NCBI GenBank assembly: GCA_045125705.1
Contig: JBGVNQ010000020.1
Coordinates: 3,783 to 67,782 of the forward strand
DNA: 64,000 nt
DNA from: Akkermansia sp.
GTDB lineage: Bacteria; Verrucomicrobiota; Verrucomicrobiia; Verrucomicrobiales; Akkermansiaceae
Direction: 5' to 3'
Positions 1-9,859 of this stretch are shown piece by piece (the first letter of the stretch is position 1; every line of letters starts with the position of its first letter). The position numbers were made by a program, and so were the translations under genes. The notes beneath the pieces were generated by a model, which saw only the letters and a list, made by a program, of their open reading frames with translations, did not search any database and was not told the origin of the DNA.

Positions 1-1402
1 CCTGCCCATCGAATACCGCGAGGGCGAGGGTCTGTATGTGTGTCTGGAAGACCCGCTGAACCCGCAGACGGTGGATGACCTGCGCATCGCCACCGGCCAC
101 GATATCTACCTGTATGTGGCTGCCGACTATGAGGTGCGCGCCCGCATCACCGAATGCTACGGTGGCGCCGAGGCCGCCATGGGTGACCTGCTCGCTGAGC
201 TCGACCACATGAGCGTGGGCAGCAATGACGGCGCAGAGGAAGCCAACGCCGCCCCTGTTATCAAGTTCGTGAACCTGGTGATTATGCAGGCCATCAAGGA
301 AAAGGCCTCGGATATTCACCTGGAGCCCTTCGAAACCGAGTTCAAGATCCGCTACCGTGTGGACGGCGCTCTGTACGAAATGGCCCCGCCCCCTGTGCAC
401 CTGGCCAACTCCGTGATTTCCCGCGTGAAGGTGATGGCCGGCATGAACATTGCCGAACGCCGCGTGCCGCAAGACGGTCGCATCGTGATGAAGGTGGGCG
501 AAGCCGGTGTGGACATGCGTGTGAACTCCCTGCCCACCCAGTACGGTGAATCGGTGGTAATGCGTGTGCTCGACCGCAACAGCGTGAGCCTCAACCTCGA
601 TAACCTGAACCTCTCCCCCCACCTGCACGAGTACATCATCGACACGGTGAACAAGCCCAACGGCATCTTCGTGGTGACGGGTCCCACCGGTTCCGGTAAG
701 ACCACCACCCTCTACGCCGCCCTGCGCGAGGTGAACACCGAGGACTCAAAGCTGCTCACCGCAGAGGACCCCGTGGAATACGACATCGACGGCATTGTGC
801 AGGTGCCCATCAACGAAGCCATCGGCGTGACCTTCCCGCGTGTGCTGCGCGCCTTCCTGCGTCAGGACCCGGACCGCATTCTGGTGGGCGAAATTCGTGA
901 CAAGGACACTGCACAGATTGCCATTCAGGCAGCTCTTACGGGTCACCTTGTGCTTTCCACCTTGCATACGAATGACGCCGCAGGCGCTGTGACGCGTTTC
1001 GTGGATATGGGCGTGCAGCCCTTCCTGCTGGCCGCCACGCTGCTCGGCGTGCTGGGTCAGCGTCTGGTGCGTACCATCTGCCCGTACTGCAAGACCCCCT
1101 ACACCCCGTCCACCTCGCTACTCACGCAGCTGGGCATCAACCCGCAGCTCATCGGCAGCCAGCAGTTCTTCACCGGCGCCCGCTGCGACAAGTGCGCCAA
1201 CACGGGCTACAAGGGCCGTAAGGGTATCCACGAGCTGCTGAACGTGACCGACCCCATCAAGGAACTCATCACGCAGAACGTGCCCTCCATCGTGCTCAAG
1301 CAGAAGGCCGTGGAGCTGGGTATGACCACGCTTCGCGAAGACGGCATCCAGAACATCTTTGAAGGCAATACCACCATCGAAGAAGTGCTGAAGTACACCT
1401 AA
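1..1402 (+). CDS. Type II secretion / type IV pilus assembly ATPase (GspE/PilB family), 5' end cut by window edge
   Basis: The frame is open to base 2. Walker A GPTGSGKTTT, Asp box/Walker B DRILVGEIRD, His box LTGHLVLSTLHTND and a C-terminal CPYC...CDKC tetracysteine are all typical of GspE/PilB ATPases. Confidence 0.9.
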   Translation, partial: LPIEYREGEGLYVCLEDPLNPQTVDDLRIATGHDIYLYVAADYEVRARITECYGGAEAAMGDLLAELDHMSVGSNDGAEEANAAPVIKFVNLVIMQAIKEKASDIHLEPFETEFKIRYRVDGALYEMAPPPVHLANSVISRVKVMAGMNIAERRVPQDGRIVMKVGEAGVDMRVNSLPTQYGESVVMRVLDRNSVSLNLDNLNLSPHLHEYIIDTVNKPNGIFVVTGPTGSGKTTTLYAALREVNTEDSKLLTAEDPVEYDIDGIVQVPINEAIGVTFPRVLRAFLRQDPDRILVGEIRDKDTAQIAIQAALTGHLVLSTLHTNDAAGAVTRFVDMGVQPFLLAATLLGVLGQRLVRTICPYCKTPYTPSTSLLTQLGINPQLIGSQQFFTGARCDKCANTGYKGRKGIHELLNVTDPIKELITQNVPSIVLKQKAVELGMTTLREDGIQNIFEGNTTIEEVLKYT

Positions 1403-1474
1403 TACTTGACGCCGCTGCGCTTATCTGATATTTTCTTAACATAACAACATTTTCCTCTAAACTTACTAATCACT

Positions 1475-2761
1475 ATGCCTAACTTCAAATACACTGCGCT
1501 CGACCAGAACGGCGCTGAAAAGACAGGCTTTGTAACAGCTGATAACAAGATTGCCGCCATGGAAATGGTGCGCGCCCAGGGTCTGCTCGTACGCGAATGC
1601 GAGGAAGCCAAGGGCGGCAGCGCCTCTGCGGCCAAGAAGAAGGACGCCAAGAAAGAAAAGGGCAAGAAGAAGAAGACCGGTGGAGCCAAGGGCAAAGCCG
1701 GTGGTGCCGTGAAGCAGAAGGAGCTCATGGTATTCACCCGCCAGCTCGCCACGCTGATTGATGCCGGTCTGCCCCTGCTGCAGAGTCTCAACGTGCTCAG
1801 CAAGCAGGAGCCCAACCCGAACCTGCGCGCCACCATCGTGGCTCTGGGTGAATCTGTGCAGGGTGGCTCCACCTTCTCCGAAGCCCTTTCCACCTATCCG
1901 AAGATGTTCAACAAGCTCTTCGTGAACATGGTGAAGGCCGGTGAAATCGGTGGTGTGCTTGAAGTGGTGCTCAATCGTCTGGCCGAATACCAGGAAAAGG
2001 CCAACCGCCTGCGTTCCAAGATTGTGTCTGCCATGGTGTACCCGACCATCATCATGGTGATTGCTGTGGGTATTCTCGTATTCCTCATGCTGGTTATCGT
2101 GCCCAAGTTCAAGGAAATGTTCGAAGGCCAGAACATGGAGCTGCCCGCCCTCTCGCAGTTCGTGTTCAACTTCTCCGACAACTGCATGGCCGACAGCCTT
2201 GTGCCCTTCGTGCCCAATGCCGTGTTCTTCCTCGGCCTGCTGGCCGCCGGCATCATCGGTGTTTCCATCTGGAAGCGCACGCCCAAGGGTGGCCGCGCTG
2301 TGGATGCCCTGGTACTCAAGCTGCCCAAGGTGGGTGACCTCACCCGCGTGAGCTCCGTGGCCCGTTTCTCCCGTACCTTTGGTACTCTGGTTTCCTCCGG
2401 TGTGCCGATTCTGCAGGCTCTGCTCATCACCCGCGACACCGCCGGCAACGTGATTGTGGCCGATGCCGTGACCAAGATTCACGACTCTGTGCGCGAGGGT
2501 GAATCCATCGTGACCCCCATGAGCACCTGCAACGTGTTCCCGCCCATGATGATTTCCATGGTGGACGTGGGTGAAGAAACCGGTCAGCTGCCCGACATGC
2601 TCATGAAGGTGGCCGAAGTGTATGACGAAGAGGTGGACAACACCGTGACCGCCCTTACCGCCATGCTCGAACCGCTCATGATTGTGTTCCTGGCTGTGGT
2701 TGTGGGTAGCATCGTGCTCGCCATGTTCATGCCGATGATGGAAATCATCAAGAACGTCTAA
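1475..2761 (+). CDS. Type II secretion / type IV pilus inner-membrane platform protein (GspF/PilC family) with Lys-rich N-terminal insert
   Basis: Two T2SSF-type repeats (FTRQLATLIDAGLPLLQSL and FSRTFGTLVSSGVPILQAL) and hydrophobic TM segments. It lies directly downstream of the ATPase gene. Residues 46-82 are a K/G/A low-complexity stretch. Confidence 0.88.
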   Translation: MPNFKYTALDQNGAEKTGFVTADNKIAAMEMVRAQGLLVRECEEAKGGSASAAKKKDAKKEKGKKKKTGGAKGKAGGAVKQKELMVFTRQLATLIDAGLPLLQSLNVLSKQEPNPNLRATIVALGESVQGGSTFSEALSTYPKMFNKLFVNMVKAGEIGGVLEVVLNRLAEYQEKANRLRSKIVSAMVYPTIIMVIAVGILVFLMLVIVPKFKEMFEGQNMELPALSQFVFNFSDNCMADSLVPFVPNAVFFLGLLAAGIIGVSIWKRTPKGGRAVDALVLKLPKVGDLTRVSSVARFSRTFGTLVSSGVPILQALLITRDTAGNVIVADAVTKIHDSVREGESIVTPMSTCNVFPPMMISMVDVGEETGQLPDMLMKVAEVYDEEVDNTVTALTAMLEPLMIVFLAVVVGSIVLAMFMPMMEIIKNV

Positions 2762-2778
2762 TCCTCCCTTCCCTGCGC

Positions 2779-3402
2779 ATGAAACTGAGCAAGAAGACAG
2801 CTAAGGGTTTCACCCTGGTGGAAATCCTCATCGGCGTAAGCATCCTGGCCATGCTGGCCTCGGGCATGTGGGTGGCTGTGGCCAGCTACCAGAACAAGAA
2901 GCTGGTGAAGAAGGCCGAGACAGAAATCGCGCTCATGGCCGCCTGTCTGGAGGAATACCGCACGGACAGCGGCGGTGTGCTCCCCTTCGGTCGTGGCGAT
3001 GAGGAAAGCTCCAACATCCTCTACCGCGCCCTCTCCTGCGACGAGGACAACGACGGCGAACCCGACGAGGACTCCAGCGGCAACACGCGCATGCCCTATT
3101 GCCGCACGCTCAACGTCATCAAGAATCCCAAGGAAGCCGAACAGGGCGAAGGTATTCCCGTGCTCCGCGCCAGTATCCGCACCAAGGAGAAAGGCCGCCG
3201 CAAGATGCTCGTGATTATCGACCCCTGGGGCAAGCCTTACCGCTACCGCCTGGGCTGCGAAGCCGAGGACGAGAAGGGCAAGACCGGCACCGGCATCAAC
3301 GCCGATTTCGACATTTTCTCCCAGGGCGCCGATGGACAGGGCGACAGCACCAACAAGAGTGCTGAGAACGAAGATAACATCTCCAACATCAAACTCTGGT
3401 AA
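2779..3402 (+). CDS. Prepilin-type (pseudo)pilin with N-terminal cleavage/methylation site
   Basis: The N-terminus MKLSKKTAKG|FTLVEILIGVSILAML is a class III signal peptide (G-F-T-L-x-E followed by a hydrophobic helix). The gene starts 17 nt after the platform gene. Confidence 0.8.
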   Translation: MKLSKKTAKGFTLVEILIGVSILAMLASGMWVAVASYQNKKLVKKAETEIALMAACLEEYRTDSGGVLPFGRGDEESSNILYRALSCDEDNDGEPDEDSSGNTRMPYCRTLNVIKNPKEAEQGEGIPVLRASIRTKEKGRRKMLVIIDPWGKPYRYRLGCEAEDEKGKTGTGINADFDIFSQGADGQGDSTNKSAENEDNISNIKLW

Positions 3403-3420
3403 ATCCGGAATCGACAGCAT

Positions 3421-5631
3421 ATGAACTACCGTTCCTACGCGGCGTTCTTAGCATCAGCCAGCGCCATCCCGGCGCTGGTTGCTGTTTGTACGCCATGCCA
3501 AGCAGCCAGTGCCGTGCAACCCGCCATCGAGCTGGTGAAGCGCGTCACGCCCGAATATGCGGAGAAAGTGCATTTCTCCATTGGTAAAGACAAGGCTCCC
3601 ACCATCACGGGGAAAGACGATGCCATCCACATCAAGGGCGCCAGCGTTGCAGAATGCATCCGCGCCTATGGGTACTACCTGCGCAACTATGCCAAGGTGC
3701 ATCTTTCCTGGAACGGAGACAACACCAGCGCAGCCAGCTTTGTGGTGCCCAAGAAAAAAATCACTGTGCCGGAAGCCCTGCCTTTCAACTATGCCTACAA
3801 CTACTGCACCCTGAGCTACACCTGCGCCCACTGGGACACCAAGCGCTGGGAGCAGGAGCTGGATCGCCTGGCACTTTCGGGCTACACCCATGTGCTGGTG
3901 ACAGCGGGGCTCGAAACCGTGTGGCAGAAGTTTTTGAAGGAAATCGGCTACCCGGAGAACAAGATTGCCGGCTTCATCCCCAACCCGGCCTATGCGGCCT
4001 GGTGGAACATGGGTAATCTGGAAGGCGAAGGCGGTCCTGTGAGCCAGAATATCATCCAGTATGAAGCCAAGCTCGGCAAGTTCCAGGTGAAGCGCATGCG
4101 CGAGCTGGGCATGGAACCGGTGCTGCAGGGTTATGTGGGCTTCCTCCCGCATGATATGCCCACGGATAAGGTGAAAGGCCGCATCATTCCCCAGGGGAAG
4201 TGGTGTGCCTACTACCACCGCCCTGCTGTGCTGCAGCCCACAGCTGAGGATTTCCCCCGCCTGGCAGCCCTGTGGTACAAGCACCTCAAATCCGTCTACG
4301 GCTACCAAGGCAAATACTTCGGCGGCGATCTCTTCCACGAAGGCGGCAGCACGGGCGGCACCCCGCTCACCCCGGCAGCCAAGGCTGTGCAGGCAGCCAT
4401 GCTGAAGGCCTCTCCTGATTCGTCCTGGCTCATCCAGGCCTGGGGCCACAACCCGCACCGAGACCTCGTGGCAGGCACCGATGCCAAGCACACCATCATT
4501 CTGGCGCTGGATAAGGACATGAGCCCGAAACACAACATTTCCCGCAACTACCAGGGGCGCCCCCATGTGTGGTGCGAGCTGCTCAACTTCGGTGGCAACC
4601 ATGGCATGTACGGTGGCGCTGAGCTGCTGGAAAAGATGACGGGCAATGCAGGCGGAGCCATCGGTATCGGCCTCATTTCCGAAGGACTGGAGACCAACCC
4701 CTATTACTACGCCCTGCTCACCGAACGCATCAACACGCGCGAAGCCATCGATACCGAGGCCTTCATCCGCAAGTATGCCGAAGCCCGCTATGGCGTGAAG
4801 GACGAGGACCTTGTGCGAGCCCTGAAGCTGCTGCGCGAGAGTGTCTATGCCCCCACACGCCTGCAGGAAGGCTGCCAGGAGAACATTCTCTGCGCACGCC
4901 CCAGCCTCACTGCACGCAAGGCATCCACCTGGTCCAACCCGAATGATTACTACGACAAGGCCAAGGTGGTTCAGGCCGCCAAACTCATGCTCAAGGCGGG
5001 TAAGAAGCACAAGCTGGGCAAGCTGCGCACCTTCCGCCACGATCTGGCCGATGTGTGCCGCCAGGTGCTGGCCGATAAGGCCCGCGAGCAACTGCCCAAA
5101 GTGAAGGCAGCCTTTGATGCCAGGAATCTCGAGGCCTTCAACAAGGAAAGCGCGGCCTATCTGCAGCTTATCCGCAGCACAGGTACCATGCTGGCCACGT
5201 CCGAAGACTTCCTGCTGGGGCGCTTCCTGGCCGGAGCCGAAGCCAAGGGTGGCAAAAACGCCAAGGCCCGAGCCGAGATGCGCAACGCCATGGTGCAGCT
5301 CATCACCACCTGGACTCCCGTCAACGGCATGCTCAATGACTACGCCCACCGCCAGTTTGCCGAGCTCATGAGCCACTACTACCTCAAACGCTGGGAAGCC
5401 TTCTTCAACGCCCGCAAAGCCGAACTGAAGGGCGAAGCCATGGCTGGCGAAGGCGGCAAATCTGCCACCCAGACCACTGAGAACAACGGCGAAGCCGTGA
5501 GCACCAGCTACGAGCTCAGCAAGTCGGTGGACGCCGTGGAGCAGAACTTCCGCAAGAGCAAATACCCCAGATACCAGAAACGCATCGGCAATGTGCTCAA
5601 ACAAGCAGAAATCGTGCTGGAGAAGCTGTGA
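3421..5631 (+). CDS. Secreted alpha-N-acetylglucosaminidase (GH89, NAGLU-like)
   Basis: 736 aa with a signal peptide. NAGLU-like blocks occur along the length (YNYCTLSYTCAHWDTKRWEQELDRLALSGYTHVLV, AWWNMGNL, FGGDLFHEGG, ELLNFGGNHG). The gene starts 18 nt after the pilin gene. Confidence 0.85.
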   Translation: MNYRSYAAFLASASAIPALVAVCTPCQAASAVQPAIELVKRVTPEYAEKVHFSIGKDKAPTITGKDDAIHIKGASVAECIRAYGYYLRNYAKVHLSWNGDNTSAASFVVPKKKITVPEALPFNYAYNYCTLSYTCAHWDTKRWEQELDRLALSGYTHVLVTAGLETVWQKFLKEIGYPENKIAGFIPNPAYAAWWNMGNLEGEGGPVSQNIIQYEAKLGKFQVKRMRELGMEPVLQGYVGFLPHDMPTDKVKGRIIPQGKWCAYYHRPAVLQPTAEDFPRLAALWYKHLKSVYGYQGKYFGGDLFHEGGSTGGTPLTPAAKAVQAAMLKASPDSSWLIQAWGHNPHRDLVAGTDAKHTIILALDKDMSPKHNISRNYQGRPHVWCELLNFGGNHGMYGGAELLEKMTGNAGGAIGIGLISEGLETNPYYYALLTERINTREAIDTEAFIRKYAEARYGVKDEDLVRALKLLRESVYAPTRLQEGCQENILCARPSLTARKASTWSNPNDYYDKAKVVQAAKLMLKAGKKHKLGKLRTFRHDLADVCRQVLADKAREQLPKVKAAFDARNLEAFNKESAAYLQLIRSTGTMLATSEDFLLGRFLAGAEAKGGKNAKARAEMRNAMVQLITTWTPVNGMLNDYAHRQFAELMSHYYLKRWEAFFNARKAELKGEAMAGEGGKSATQTTENNGEAVSTSYELSKSVDAVEQNFRKSKYPRYQKRIGNVLKQAEIVLEKL

Positions 5632-5670
5632 TATTCAGCGTTATGAATCTGCACGGTTATTAGAAATTGC

Positions 5671-5698
5671 TTGATTTTCACACATACAGGATTACAAT
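5671..5698 (+). promoter_or_regulatory. sigma70-like promoter candidate TTGATT-16-TACAAT
   Basis: Hexamers at 5671-5676 and 5693-5698 in an AT-rich intergenic region, 35 nt upstream of the ATG at 5734. Confidence 0.3.
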
Positions 5699-5733
5699 AA
5701 AGTATCAACCAACTATAGAAAGACTATGCTATC

Positions 5734-6426
5734 ATGAGTCAGGAAGAAACAACAGCGCCGAAAGCTCCTGTAAAGAAAAAGTCCCGTGGATGCTTGAAAT
5801 GGTTCATCCTGTTGATTATGCTGCTGCTTGGCGGCTGCTGGTTGTTTTCTTTCTGTTTCTATGACGGCACGGTGAGAAGCCCGCAGGAAGCCGTGCAGAA
5901 GGCGCAGAACTCGGTGCGCACCATGGTGGAGAACATGGTGGCCAGTAGTGCGCTGCAGGGGCACTCGGTGAATCAGTCCGGACGTCTGGTAGAGATGTAT
6001 TCTCTCTATGAAAAGGACATCGTGGTGGAGTATGAATATACCACAAGCTGGATGTTCTCCCGCAAGCGCATCAGGATTATCCAGCCCTACCGCGTGCGTT
6101 ACGGAATCGACACCAGCATGACCAATCTCGAGTGCGAGTGCCGCGACAACAGCGACGTGGTGCAGGTAAGCAATCTGAAACCCAGCGTGATTTCCTGCGA
6201 GCGCTTTGGCCTGCAGCTTCTGGAGGAGGAGGAAGGTATGTGGAACAAGATTCACCCGGATGAACGAGCTCTGGCGCAGAACCAGATAGAGGAACAGGCT
6301 CGCGAAGATGCTGCCAAGGACCCTGCCGCGATATACCTGACGGAGATGCGTTTTGTGGAGCTGCTCAACCGCGAATCTGCCCGCCAGCAGTCGAACACCC
6401 GCTATACCCTGGCTCCCAGGGATTGA
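5734..6426 (+). CDS. Membrane-anchored hypothetical protein (possibly DUF4230-like)
   Basis: One N-terminal TM helix (WFILLIMLLLGGCWLFSFCF) followed by a soluble domain of about 180 aa. No catalytic motif recognised. Confidence 0.5.
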   Translation: MSQEETTAPKAPVKKKSRGCLKWFILLIMLLLGGCWLFSFCFYDGTVRSPQEAVQKAQNSVRTMVENMVASSALQGHSVNQSGRLVEMYSLYEKDIVVEYEYTTSWMFSRKRIRIIQPYRVRYGIDTSMTNLECECRDNSDVVQVSNLKPSVISCERFGLQLLEEEEGMWNKIHPDERALAQNQIEEQAREDAAKDPAAIYLTEMRFVELLNRESARQQSNTRYTLAPRD

Positions 6427-6487
6427 GAGTTTTTGAGGCAATTTCCATAAATCACTGGTTATCGCATAACAATTTCCGGATGCAAAA

Positions 6488-6513
6488 AGCCCTGGTGGAT
6501 ATCCACCAGGGCT
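6488..6513. terminator. Bidirectional stem-loop terminator between convergent genes
   Basis: AGCCCTGGTGG-ATAT-CCACCAGGGCT forms a perfect 11-bp stem. It is flanked by an A-run upstream and a T-rich tract downstream. Confidence 0.6.
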
Positions 6514-6542
6514 CTTTCTGAGTTGCTTTGAAGCAGCAGAAC

Positions 6543-7544
6543 TTACTTGTTCATGGCTTCCTCGATGGCAACAGCCACGGAAACCGTAGCACCCACCATG
6601 GGGTTGTTGCCCATGCCGATGAGGCCCATCATTTCCACGTGGGCGGGCACGGAGGAGGAACCGGCGAACTGAGCGTCGCTGTGCATGCGGCCCAGGGTGT
6701 CGGTCATGCCGTAGGAGGCGGGACCGGCAGCCATGTTGTCCGGGTGCAGGGTACGGCCCGTGCCACCACCGGAGGCCACGGAGAAGTACTTCTTGCCGGC
6801 CAGCGTGCATTCCTTCTTGTAGGTGCCGGCCACCGGGTGCTGGAAGCGGGTGGGGTTGGTGGAGTTACCGGTGATGGAAACGTCCACGCCCTCGAGCCAC
6901 ATGATGGCCACGCCTTCGCGCACGTCGTCAGCGCCGTAGCAGTTCACCTTGGAACGCTCGCCGTCGGAGAATGCCTTCTTGCTCACCACTTCCACCTTAC
7001 CGGTGGCGTAGTCGAACTTGGTCTGGCAGTAGGTGAAGCCGTTGATACGGGAGATGATGTAGGCGGCGTCCTTGCCGAGGCCGTTCAGGATAACGCGCAG
7101 AGGCTTCTGGCGCACCTTGTTGGCGGAGCGGGCGATACCGATAGCGCCTTCAGCAGCAGCGAAAGACTCGTGACCGGCCAGGAAGCAGAAGCACTCGGTC
7201 TCTTCGCGCAGAAGCATGGCAGCCAGGTTGCCGTGACCCAGACCCACCTTGCGGTCGTCGGCCACAGAGCCGGGAATGCAGAAAGCCTGCAGGCCTTCAC
7301 CGATAGCCTCAGCGGCGTCGGCAGCCTTGGTGCAGCCCTTCTTGATAGCGATGGCAGCGCCTACCACGTAGGCCCAACCGGCGTTCTCGAAAGCGATGTT
7401 CTGGATGCCGCGCACGATTTCACGCACGTCGATACCCTTTTCAAGGCAAACCTGCTCGGCTTCCTCGCAGGAGTTGATACCGTACTGAGCAAGAACCGGA
7501 AGGATCTGGTCGATACGACGGGAATAAGATTCAAAAAGAGGCAT
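6543..7544 (-). CDS. GGGtGRT-family protein (conserved, function unknown)
   Basis: Carries the eponymous motif ASGGGTGRTLHPDNMAAGPASYGMTDT. 333 aa. Confidence 0.8.
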   Translation of the reverse strand: MPLFESYSRRIDQILPVLAQYGINSCEEAEQVCLEKGIDVREIVRGIQNIAFENAGWAYVVGAAIAIKKGCTKAADAAEAIGEGLQAFCIPGSVADDRKVGLGHGNLAAMLLREETECFCFLAGHESFAAAEGAIGIARSANKVRQKPLRVILNGLGKDAAYIISRINGFTYCQTKFDYATGKVEVVSKKAFSDGERSKVNCYGADDVREGVAIMWLEGVDVSITGNSTNPTRFQHPVAGTYKKECTLAGKKYFSVASGGGTGRTLHPDNMAAGPASYGMTDTLGRMHSDAQFAGSSSVPAHVEMMGLIGMGNNPMVGATVSVAVAIEEAMNK

Positions 7545-7570
7545 AATCTTGTTCTATATTTAGGGGTTCT

Positions 7571-8263
7571 TTACTCGTGACGGGGGTCGATGTACTTGGC
7601 GGCATCGGCGAAGCGGCCGTAGGAGCCGGTGTGCTTCTTGATGGCCTCGTTGGCGTCCATGCCCTTCTTGATGTCTTCCATCATCGGGCCCATCTTCACG
7701 TACTGGTAACCGGTGATTTCACCGTCGGCGTCCAGAGCAAGCTTGGTGATGTAGCCTTCAGCCAGCTCCAGGTAGCGGGCACCCTTGGCCAGCGTGCCGT
7801 ACAGCGTGCCGGTCTGGGAGCGCAGGCCCTTACCAAGGTCCTCAAGACCTGCACCGATGGGCAGACCACCCTCAGAGTAAGCGCTCTGGGTGCGGCCGTA
7901 CACGATCTGCAGGAAGAGTTCGCGCATGGCGGTGTTGATGGCGTCGCACACGAGGTCGGTGTTCAGAGCCTCGAGCACGGTCTTGCCGGGAAGGATTTCA
8001 GAAGCCATAGCGGCGGAGTGGGTCATGCCCGAGCAGCCGATGGTCTCAACCAGGGCTTCCTGGATGACACCCTGCTTCACGTTCAGGGTCAGCTTGCAAG
8101 CACCCTGCTGAGGAGCGCACCAACCCACACCGTGGGTAAGGCCGGAAATGTCCTCAATCTTGGTGGATTGCGTCCAGGCACCCTCCTGGGGGATGGGGGC
8201 GGGGCCGTGATTGCAGCCCTTCTTGACGCAACACATCTGTTCGACTTCGTGTGTGTACTGCAT
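7571..8263 (-). CDS. NifU/IscU-N-domain-like Fe-S scaffold-type protein, partner of the GGGtGRT gene
   Basis: Cys-rich N-terminus (CCVKKGC), and IGCSGMTHSAAMASEILPGKTVLEALN resembles the IscU/NifU N-domain. I moved the start to the ATG at 8263 (MQYTHEVEQ). The gene ends 26 nt upstream of the GGGtGRT gene. Confidence 0.6.
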   Translation of the reverse strand: MQYTHEVEQMCCVKKGCNHGPAPIPQEGAWTQSTKIEDISGLTHGVGWCAPQQGACKLTLNVKQGVIQEALVETIGCSGMTHSAAMASEILPGKTVLEALNTDLVCDAINTAMRELFLQIVYGRTQSAYSEGGLPIGAGLEDLGKGLRSQTGTLYGTLAKGARYLELAEGYITKLALDADGEITGYQYVKMGPMMEDIKKGMDANEAIKKHTGSYGRFADAAKYIDPRHE

Positions 8264-8387
8264 AGTTGTATGAGTATGTTGTGTTGGAAAAACGCTCGGC
8301 ATCGGATGCTTGAACCGATGATACCTTGCTGCCGCCATTATATCCGTTTTTCCGCAAATAGCGAGCATAAAATCTGCACAAAGTCAA

Positions 8388-8433
8388 CAAAAACGCCTCA
8401 CCACCCCCTGCGCAGAGCCGGGGTGGCGGGCGT
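8388..8433 (-). terminator. Rho-independent terminator downstream of eno
   Basis: The minus strand reads ACGCCCGCCACCCC...GGGGGTGGTGAGGCGT, a GC-rich imperfect stem, followed by TTTTTGTTG. Confidence 0.6.
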
Positions 8434-8454
8434 TATGAGAAAATCGGCGCTTAA

Positions 8455-9759
<1,305 letters not shown>

Positions 9760-9859
9760 CTAACTATTCTTGCTGGCGGTAGATTATCACAACTTTTTAA
9801 TCATTGCAAGCATTTTATTGCTCTTTTTTGTAATTTTTCTAATTTTTAGAAAAGGCCGC

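Noticed and set aside
3454-5604. 716-aa ORF antisense to the GH89 gene
   Set aside because: It is exactly nested in the opposite strand of a well-supported gene. Its composition is Gly/Ala/Val/His/Leu-rich and low in complexity, with no motif. This is a typical shadow ORF of GC-rich coding DNA.
8264-8368. Upstream extensions of longest ORFs (7571-8368, 17391-18380, 27273-, 30886-, 36111-, 48485-, 53059-53616, 55495-55941, 59825-60844, 60839-)
   Set aside because: The supplied track starts ORFs at the most upstream ATG/GTG/TTG. In each case the extension overlaps a neighbouring gene or a promoter-like element, or lacks the family N-terminus. An internal start restores a signal peptide or the conserved N-terminus.
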